Assembly (NCBI GenBank): GCA_003228175.2
Contig: QGNQ01000006.1
Location: 2,512 to 66,511 of the forward strand
Source: Chloroflexota bacterium
Lineage (GTDB): Bacteria > Chloroflexota > Dehalococcoidia > Bin125
Direction: 5' to 3'
DNA: 64,000 nt
In this document: in pieces, positions 53,812-60,449 of the stretch
How positions within the stretch are numbered: position 1 is the stretch's first letter
Layout of the letters: the number at the start of each line of letters is the position of its first letter
Program-made: the position numbers and the translations under genes
Notes under the pieces: model-generated
Told to the model about the DNA's origin: nothing
Database searches by the model: none
What the model saw: the letters and a program-made list of their open reading frames with translations, nothing else

Positions 53812-54420
53812 TCAACCGATCACCCGGCCACGCGACGCGGCCACCGCCGCCCCCACCGCCCGGTAGTCCTCGATCTGGAGCGCTCGCGAGCGCCGGCCCT
53901 GCGTCTGGCCGGAAGGGTGGTAGAGCGAGATCAGCCGGCGCCCCTGCCAGGGCACGGCCCGCGCCACATCCTCGCCGAAGTGCAGGCCGTGCGGACTGAT
54001 CCGCGCCAGCGCCCCCAGCGCCACACGACCCAGCGCCACGACCAGCGCCGGGTCGACGAGTTCGACGATCTCAGCCAGGAAGTCGTTGCAGTTCGCGACC
54101 TCACCCGCGCGTGGCGGGCGGTTGCGGCCCTCCGCGCTGGGTGGGTGGCAAAGAACCGCGTTGCAGATGAACGCCTGGCCCAGGTCGATACCGGCGGCGG
54201 CGCAGTAGGAGCGGAAGTTGCGGCCGGACTGGTCGCCCTGCAGCGGCACTCCCGTCCGCACGCCACCGAGATGGCCCGGCGCCTCCGCCACGAACAGCAG
54301 CGATGCGGGCACGGGACCGTTCCGCGGCCCGATCACAGCGCTGCCCGGGGCGACCGCTGGGCAGCGGCGGCAGGCCTTCGCCCGCCGCGCCAGTCCCCGC
54401 GCTGGATGCGCACCGCTCAC
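53812..54420 (-). CDS. uracil-DNA glycosylase superfamily protein (family 4/5-like)
   Basis: CRRCP near the N-terminus, motif A LLFVAEAPG, FICNAVLCHP, motif B LISLYHPSGQT. Confidence 0.8.
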   Translation of the reverse strand: MSGAHPARGLARRAKACRRCPAVAPGSAVIGPRNGPVPASLLFVAEAPGHLGGVRTGVPLQGDQSGRNFRSYCAAAGIDLGQAFICNAVLCHPPSAEGRNRPPRAGEVANCNDFLAEIVELVDPALVVALGRVALGALARISPHGLHFGEDVARAVPWQGRRLISLYHPSGQTQGRRSRALQIEDYRAVGAAVAASRGRVIG

Positions 54421-54644
54421 GAATCGAGCCGCAGCGCCAGAATCGTCCGCGAGAGCCCCTCATCGCCGATCCGCACCTCCACGCTGATGACGCGGAACCG
54501 ATCGTGCGCCCTGTCCCGCCCATCGACACCCCGCCCATCGACGAACGTGTCCCCCTTCTCCCAGCGGTAGGCGGTGTCCAGCGTGTCAATCAGCCCCACG
54601 CGTCTCTCCGTGAAGGGATCGGACTCCCAAAGTTCAGTCAGCAC
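54417..54644 (-). CDS. hypothetical small acidic protein (75 aa), translationally coupled to the UDG gene
   Basis: GTG 54644 is preceded by AGGAG at a 6-nt spacing. Its TGA overlaps the UDG GTG start (GTGA). By my count 16 Asp+Glu versus 12 Arg+Lys. No family recognised. Confidence 0.45.
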   Translation of the reverse strand: MLTELWESDPFTERRVGLIDTLDTAYRWEKGDTFVDGRGVDGRDRAHDRFRVISVEVRIGDEGLSRTILALRLDS

Positions 54645-54794
54645 GTCGCGCTCCTGTCGTTACTCGCGCTTGCGAGCCGCATCCTACCCTCCACCGGTCC
54701 GGCCTCCGACGGGTCCGCCCCTCGACGGGTTCGGCGGACGCGCCGCCGCCTGTGCGAGAATGCTCCCGATCGGGAGGCCGGTGGAGGCGCGACG

Positions 54795-55247
54795 ATGGAC
54801 CGGGCCAGCTGGCTGCTGAAAGCCTTGCACGAGGCCTCCGGAGAGGTGCAAGAGGCGCTGCTCGCCGCGGACGGGCCCCCACCCCCAGGGGAGCTCCTGG
54901 AGATCGCCTGGGATCTGGCGCTGGGCGAGCGAGCCGACGGCTGGCACGTAGAGCAACTGCTCCGCGGCCAGTCCGACCTCACGCTGCACCCGGCAGAATG
55001 GCTCGCGACGGGCGCCGAGCCCGTCCCGGTTCGCGAGCTGGTCCGCATCTACAGCCAAGGCCGGGCCGAGACCTGCGGCATGGTCTGGGGCCTCTCGTCG
55101 CGCAGCCTGGCGCTCCAAGGGCGCCATCCATTCCGCGGCCTGATCAGCCTGGAGGACGTCCTCGTCAGCCTCCACGAGCGCGACATCGAAACAATGCTGG
55201 CGCTCCAGCGACTGCCCACCGGCGAGGCAAGCGCCTCAGCGCGCTAG
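54795..55247 (+). CDS. DinB-like four-helix-bundle protein (tentative)
   Basis: Track ORF 54303..55247. ATG 54795 follows GGAGG. 150 aa with His-containing helices (LKALHEASGE, GRHPFRG, VSLHERDIETM). The assignment is weak. Confidence 0.45.
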   Translation: MDRASWLLKALHEASGEVQEALLAADGPPPPGELLEIAWDLALGERADGWHVEQLLRGQSDLTLHPAEWLATGAEPVPVRELVRIYSQGRAETCGMVWGLSSRSLALQGRHPFRGLISLEDVLVSLHERDIETMLALQRLPTGEASASAR

Positions 55248-57016
55248 ACCGCCGCCGCCAGCAGAGCCGGCGCGCCCGCGATCTCAGCGGGAGAACGCCA
55301 GGGGCCGTGCAGGCTGCGACCGTCGCTGAGATACGCGCGGACCTCCCGCGACTGCTCCACATTGAAGCGCGTCAGCGTTTCCAGATCCTTCAGCGGATCG
55401 AGCAACTGCACGGCCAGGCGAACGCTGGGAAGCTGGAGCGCGGCCGCGTGCAGCGCCTGCGTCGACGGCAGATCGGCCTGCCCCGCAACGATCAGCACCG
55501 GCGCCGGGTTGCGATAGCGATGCAGCGCCAGCCCAAAGCGACACGCGTGGATGCCCTGTTTCGCCGCGCCTCGCGCGAACTCCGCTAACGCCTCTGTCGC
55601 GGTCTCGCGGTACCAGTCCGTCCGCGTCAGCTCGTGCAGCCGCAGGGCGACCATCGTGATCGCCGCGTTGGCCGTAATCTCGCGACGGCGGAAGCGGCCG
55701 CGCCCGGGCGCATCGCGGTCCTCCACCACGTCGAAGAACGCGCCGCCGGACTGCTTGAACTGCTTATTCGCCGCCTCCAGCACCAGCTCCGCGCGCTCCC
55801 GGTAGACGCGCTTCCCGCTGACCTCGAATGCGTCCAGGCAGGCCGCCGCCAGAGCCGCTTGATCGTGCAACGTCCCGGACACGCCCCCCTCATCCAGGTG
55901 CCTGCGCGCGACACCGCGCGCATCGCGCCCCCGCTCCCAGAGATCCTCCAGCAGGCGCAACGCCGCCTCGACCTCCGACCCATCAATCGCGCCCCCGGTC
56001 CCCAGGCTGCGGGCCGTGGCGAGCTGCGCCGATACCAGCGCGCTATGTGCTCCCACGAAGATCGTCTCGTCACGTGCGGGCACAGCCCAATCATCGGGCA
56101 CGTCCTCATGGGCGGGGCGCAGACTGACCGGCGCCTGCGACGCTTCGTCCGTCACCTCACGGCACCATTGCCGGACCCGCTCCGCCTGCGCAAACAGAGC
56201 GGCGGCGTCCAACTGGCGTCCGGCCAGGCACAACAGGCGCAACAAGCGGGCATTGTCGATCAGCAGGCGCTCGCCATGCACGCGCGACCAGTCCCGCTCA
56301 ACCGCGTACCGACGCAGCCCCCCCTGCTCCGGATCCCAGAGCCCGCGCTCCATCAGCGCACTCAGCGCCTCCTGCACGATGGTCGCCGCGGAGCCGTCGT
56401 CATCCAGAGCGAGCAGAAACTCGATCGCGTCGAAGTGGGGGAACTTGGGGCCCCCATAGCCCACCTCCAGCGCGAAGCCGGGATTGTCCGCGTCGTACGC
56501 CGTCACGGTCGCCGCCGCGACCTCGCGCAGGACCGACTCGGATAGGGGGGAGGAGTCCTGCGGACTGGCGGGCTGCAGCGCGGCGCGCTGCTCCGCGCGC
56601 GCGAGCTGGGCTTTCCCGCGGATCTCGCGACGGTTCTCCTGGAAGTAGCCACGCACCTTGCTCAGCAGCCGCGCCAGTTGCCCCGGCGGCACGTGCGTCG
56701 AGGCCCAGAGCACCTCCCCGCCCGGCTCCAGGATCATGATCCCCGGCCAGCCCTCGGCCGGGTAGCGAAGCTGCACATCAGGCCGTCGCTCGCCATCGAC
56801 CAGGATGGGGATGTAGGAGTTGTTCAGCTCGTTGACGGCGGCCGCGTCGGTCTGCAAGTCGTGGAGGAAGCGTTGGCTGTACGGGCACCACGCGGCCCCG
56901 ATGAAGAGAAAGATCGGCGTCGGGCCCTGCTCCGCGTCCGCGAACGCGTCTCGAGAGAACGTGCGCCACTGCACGGGCGAGGTAACCGGGGCGAAGCAGC
57001 CAAAGACCGAGTCCAC
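55244..57016 (-). CDS. thioredoxin-domain (DUF255) plus six-hairpin (alpha/alpha)6 domain protein, YyaL/SPATA20-like
   Basis: 590 aa. N-terminal VQWRTFSRDAFADAEQGPTPIFLFIGAAWCPYSQ matches the DUF255 thioredoxin-like fold. The long helical C-terminal region resembles N-acylglucosamine-epimerase-like toroids. Confidence 0.75.
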   Translation of the reverse strand: MDSVFGCFAPVTSPVQWRTFSRDAFADAEQGPTPIFLFIGAAWCPYSQRFLHDLQTDAAAVNELNNSYIPILVDGERRPDVQLRYPAEGWPGIMILEPGGEVLWASTHVPPGQLARLLSKVRGYFQENRREIRGKAQLARAEQRAALQPASPQDSSPLSESVLREVAAATVTAYDADNPGFALEVGYGGPKFPHFDAIEFLLALDDDGSAATIVQEALSALMERGLWDPEQGGLRRYAVERDWSRVHGERLLIDNARLLRLLCLAGRQLDAAALFAQAERVRQWCREVTDEASQAPVSLRPAHEDVPDDWAVPARDETIFVGAHSALVSAQLATARSLGTGGAIDGSEVEAALRLLEDLWERGRDARGVARRHLDEGGVSGTLHDQAALAAACLDAFEVSGKRVYRERAELVLEAANKQFKQSGGAFFDVVEDRDAPGRGRFRRREITANAAITMVALRLHELTRTDWYRETATEALAEFARGAAKQGIHACRFGLALHRYRNPAPVLIVAGQADLPSTQALHAAALQLPSVRLAVQLLDPLKDLETLTRFNVEQSREVRAYLSDGRSLHGPWRSPAEIAGAPALLAAAV

Positions 57017-57196
57017 ACGTTCCTCTTTCCCTCCCTCTAGCTTCGTGGATCAGCCGCAGCCCGACATGCGGGCGCGCCCCGGGGGGTCCGTGTCGCGGCC
57101 CGCACGCGCATCCGCCCCGCGTCCTAGGATCGACCGATCCTGCCCCACGCCCGACCGGCCCCGGCCAAGGGGTCCAAGCAGATCCCCCCCGGGACG

Positions 57197-57221
57197 CGAA
57201 AACGGCCCGCATCTGCGGACC
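57197..57221 (-). terminator. intrinsic terminator downstream of iscA
   Basis: Minus strand GGUCCGC-AGAU-GCGGGCC (57221-57204), followed by GUUUUCG (aaaac 57199-57203 on the plus strand). Confidence 0.5.
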
Positions 57222-57295
57222 GTTCGGCCGAAGCCAACACTGCTGGAGCCACCACTGTCAGAGCCAGCACTGCCGGAGCCGACACCGCCGAAGCG
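57221..57295. repeat. 15-nt periodic tract x5 in the iscA 3' UTR
   Basis: ccgttcggccgaagcc / aacactgctggagcc (57236-57250) / accactgtcagagcc (57251-57265) / agcactgccggagcc (57266-57280) / gacaccgccgaagcg (57281-57295). Confidence 0.75.
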
Positions 57296-57319
57296 AACAC
57301 CGACCGTGGCAGGCCAGGC

Positions 57320-57706
57320 TTAGACGCAGGACCGGGCCTGCGTCGCACCGGCGCTGTCGGCCGTGTCGAAGGAGCTGCCGCAAGCGCAGCTCTTGGAGGC
57401 GTTGGGATTCGTAATGCTGAATCCCTGCTTCATGATGTCGTCCACATAGTCCACGTGGGCGCCGGTCAGCAGGGGCGCGCTCTCGGCGTCAATCAGGAAG
57501 CGCACGCCGCCGTGCTCGACCACCTGATCGCCCGGCTCCGCCTCCGTCGCCAACGCCATGCCGTATTGGTAGCCGCTGCAGCCCCCACCAACGACGAAGA
57601 CGCGCAACGCGCCCTCCGCGAAGCCTTTGTCCTTCAGCATGCTGGACGCCTTCTCGGCGGCAAGGTCGCTGACCTGGATCAGGGTGGGGACACTCATCGT
57701 CGTCAT
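57320..57706 (-). CDS. A-type Fe-S cluster carrier (IscA/ErpA/HesB family) with short C-terminal extension
   Basis: RVFVVGGGCSGYQYGM... and ...NPNASKSCACGSSF are the three-Cys IscA signature. 17 extra residues follow (DTADSAGATQARSCV). Confidence 0.88.
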   Translation of the reverse strand: MTTMSVPTLIQVSDLAAEKASSMLKDKGFAEGALRVFVVGGGCSGYQYGMALATEAEPGDQVVEHGGVRFLIDAESAPLLTGAHVDYVDDIMKQGFSITNPNASKSCACGSSFDTADSAGATQARSCV

Positions 57707-57891
57707 AGCGGTTCCTTCGACGTACTACGGGCCGGTCGGCGCGAAACCCAGTATATCGATCCGTGCCCCGGGCGGTCTATGCGCGGACTCACGTAGGACG
57801 AGGCCGCCGAAAACCATCCGTTCGCAGGGGACGCATCGGCGCGGCCGTCAGGCGATACGCTGCCAAGGAACGACCGAATCGATCATGCGGG

Positions 57892-59085
57892 ATGCGAGGC
57901 CGGACCGTGGAGCGCGTGTACCTCGACCACGCCGCGACGACACCGCTCGATCCGCGCGTCTTCGAAGCGATGCTGCCCGTCCTGCGCGAGGGCTGGGGCA
58001 ACCCCTCCGGCATCTACCGCGAGGCCCAGACGGCGCGCAAAGCCTTGGACGAGGCACGCGACACCGTTGCCGCGCGGCTGGAATGCGCGCCCGCCGAGAT
58101 CGTCTTCACCTCCGGCGGCACCGAGTCCGACAACAGCGCCATTCGGGGAGTCAGCGCCGCCTGGCGCGCTGAGCGCCGCGCGCCGCCCGGCCACATGATC
58201 ACCTCCGCCGTCGAACACCACGCCGTGTTGGAGCCAATGGAGGCCTTGGAGCGCGACGGCTGGGAGGTCACGGTCCTCCCCGTCGATCGTGAAGGCCTCG
58301 TCGATCCGGCCTCCGTCCAGGCGGCCGTCCGCGACGACACCGCCCTCGTCTCAATCATGACCGCCAACAATGAAGTCGGCACGCTGCAACCGATCGCCGA
58401 GATCGCGCGCGCCGCCAAGTCGCGCAACCCCGCCACGCTGGTGCACACCGACGCGGTCCAGGCCGCCGGCGCCATCGACATCCGGCCGGACCTGCTCGGC
58501 GTCGACCTGCTCTCCCTGACAGCGCACAAGATCTACGGCCCCAAGGGCGCCGGCGCGCTGTTCGTCCGACACCGGACCCCGTTCCGGCCCCTGCTGATCG
58601 GTGGCGGCCAGGAGGGCGACCGCCGCGCCGGGACCGAAAACGTGGCCGGCGCCGTCGGCCTGGCCACCGCACTCGACCTCGCGCACGCCGAAATGGACGC
58701 GCGCAACGCGCATGTCGGCGGCCTGCGCGACCGCCTCTGGCGCAATCTGCGCGAGGGCATCGGCGACGTGTCGCTGAACGGCCCTCGCGACATGCGGGGC
58801 CGGCTGCCAAACAACCTCAGTCTTTGCTTCCCGGGCGTGGAGGGCGAAAGCATCCTGCTCCATCTCGACATGGAGGGCGTCGCGGCGAGCTCCGTATCGG
58901 CCTGCTCCACCGGCTCCACCGAGCCCAGCCACGTGCTCACCGCCATGGGCATCGACCCGGACATCGCACACTCCGCCCTGCGCCTCACCCTGGGCCTGGG
59001 AAACACAGAGGCCCAGATCGACCGTGTGGGGCGCGCCCTGCCAGAGGTCATCGCCCGGTTGCGCGCCCTCTCACCAATTCGCTGA
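57892..59085 (+). CDS. cysteine desulfurase (NifS/IscS class)
   Basis: Track ORF 57763..59085. [12 protein letters not shown]-Lys context [12 protein letters not shown], active-site loop [10 protein letters not shown]. Start is ATG 57892, or GTG 57907/57916. Confidence 0.9.
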   Translation: MRGRTVERVYLDHAATTPLDPRVFEAMLPVLREGWGNPSGIYREAQTARKALDEARDTVAARLECAPAEIVFTSGGTESDNSAIRGVSAAWRAERRAPPGHMITSAVEHHAVLEPMEALERDGWEVTVLPVDREGLVDPASVQAAVRDDTALVSIMTANNEVGTLQPIAEIARAAKSRNPATLVHTDAVQAAGAIDIRPDLLGVDLLSLTAHKIYGPKGAGALFVRHRTPFRPLLIGGGQEGDRRAGTENVAGAVGLATALDLAHAEMDARNAHVGGLRDRLWRNLREGIGDVSLNGPRDMRGRLPNNLSLCFPGVEGESILLHLDMEGVAASSVSACSTGSTEPSHVLTAMGIDPDIAHSALRLTLGLGNTEAQIDRVGRALPEVIARLRALSPIR

Positions 59086-59204
59086 TCGCCTCGCTCCCCC
59101 GTCGACCGTATCGCCCGGCTACGCCCGCTGATATCATCGTGCGCGACTTCACAAGGGCGGATGCAGCGTCGTCACGACGCCCGATCCGGCTCCCCGGAGG
59201 ACGT

Positions 59205-59948
59205 GTGGCGGACACGCAGATCATCCCCGTGCCCCTGTTAAACGTGGAGCCGCCCGCGGGAACACCCGGGCCTGGCTCAGCACTTCTCGGCACCGACATC
59301 GAAGCCGACCTGCGCCAGCAACTGCTGCTGACCAAGGTCGATAGCGTCCTCACCTGGGCCCGACGGTCGTCGCTCTGGCCCGCCATGTTCGGCCTCGCCT
59401 GCTGCGCGATCGAGATGATCGCGACGGCCAACGCTCGTTACGACATCGCCCGCTTCGGAGCGGAGGTCTTCCGCGCCTCGCCTCGGCAGGCTGATCTCAT
59501 GATCGTGGCCGGTACCGTGACCTGGAAGATGGCGCCCGCCGTGCGTCGCATCTACCTGCAAATGGCCGATCCCAAGTGGGTCATCTCCATGGGCTCGTGC
59601 AGCAACATCGGCGGGCCCTTCGCGCACGGTTACAGCACCCTGCCGGGCGTCAACAACGTGGTCCCGGTCGATGTCTACGTGCCGGGCTGCCCGCCGCGGC
59701 CCGAATCGCTGCTGTCCGGGCTGATGCTCTTGCAGGACGTGATGAAGGAGGAGGGCGTGAGCGGCGCCCGAGGCCGCCCCGAGCCCGACGGCGACTTCTC
59801 CACGATGCTGCCCGAGGGCGACCCGATCCGACGCGAATTGGAGTCCCTCTTCCCGCCCTACCTCAGCCTGAACGGCGAGCCCCGCGACCCAAAGACGGGC
59901 GCCCTCCCGCACGACACGAACTACCAATCTCTCTCCGGGGCGCTCTGA
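59205..59948 (+). CDS. nuoB: NADH-quinone oxidoreductase subunit B (N2 cluster subunit), with about 60-aa C-terminal extension
   Basis: Track ORF 58824..59948. In-frame GTG 59205 follows GGAGG (59196-59200). [27 protein letters not shown]. Confidence 0.88.
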   Translation: MADTQIIPVPLLNVEPPAGTPGPGSALLGTDIEADLRQQLLLTKVDSVLTWARRSSLWPAMFGLACCAIEMIATANARYDIARFGAEVFRASPRQADLMIVAGTVTWKMAPAVRRIYLQMADPKWVISMGSCSNIGGPFAHGYSTLPGVNNVVPVDVYVPGCPPRPESLLSGLMLLQDVMKEEGVSGARGRPEPDGDFSTMLPEGDPIRRELESLFPPYLSLNGEPRDPKTGALPHDTNYQSLSGAL

Positions 59949-60433
59949 TGGCCTACGGCGTGGGCCTCGCCAAGGGCCTCATGACCACCCTCAAGCACCT
60001 GGGCCGGCCGCCCGTGACCTTCGAGTTTCCCGAGACTGAACGGCCAATCCCGCCTCGGGCGCGCACCAACCTGGTCTGGTTCGTGGAGCGCTGCACGGGC
60101 TGCAGTACCTGCGCGCAGGCCTGCCCGGACGGCTGCATCTTGGTCCAGACCCAGCCGCGCGAAGACGGCTCCTACCTGGTCGAGCGCTACGAGATCGACT
60201 TCCGCCTCTGCATGTACTGCGGCCTCTGCGCGGAGGCCTGCCCCTACGAGGCGATCCAGGTCGGCGGCTCCTACACCAACGTCGTCCGCGACCCGAACGA
60301 GCTGTACCACGACAAGCCCAAGCTGACCGCCTTCGCCAACAACTACCTGGAACAGCACGACTGGATCTACCCCAACGGGCAGCCTGCCGTGCGCCAGGAG
60401 ATCCACGCCGATGGCGAGCGCCAGCACCTCTAG
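59948..60433 (+). CDS. nuoI: NADH-quinone oxidoreductase subunit I (2x[4Fe-4S])
   Basis: ATG 59948 overlaps the nuoB TGA by 1 nt. CTGCSTCAQACP and CMYCGLCAEACP. N-terminal GLAKGLMTTLKHL is typical of NuoI. Confidence 0.88.
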   Translation: MAYGVGLAKGLMTTLKHLGRPPVTFEFPETERPIPPRARTNLVWFVERCTGCSTCAQACPDGCILVQTQPREDGSYLVERYEIDFRLCMYCGLCAEACPYEAIQVGGSYTNVVRDPNELYHDKPKLTAFANNYLEQHDWIYPNGQPAVRQEIHADGERQHL

Positions 60434-60449
60434 GAGCCCCAACGTCGCC

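Noticed and set aside
7761-57295. CRISPR array among the short tandem repeats.
   Set aside because: Units are 10-30 nt and directly abut one another without unique spacers. There are at most 5 copies, and no cas genes are in the window.
57124-57348. 74-aa minus-strand ORF covering the 15-nt repeat tract.
   Set aside because: It starts inside the iscA coding region in another frame, reads through the iscA terminator hairpin, and has no RBS. Its hydrophobic repeats are a by-product of the DNA repeat.
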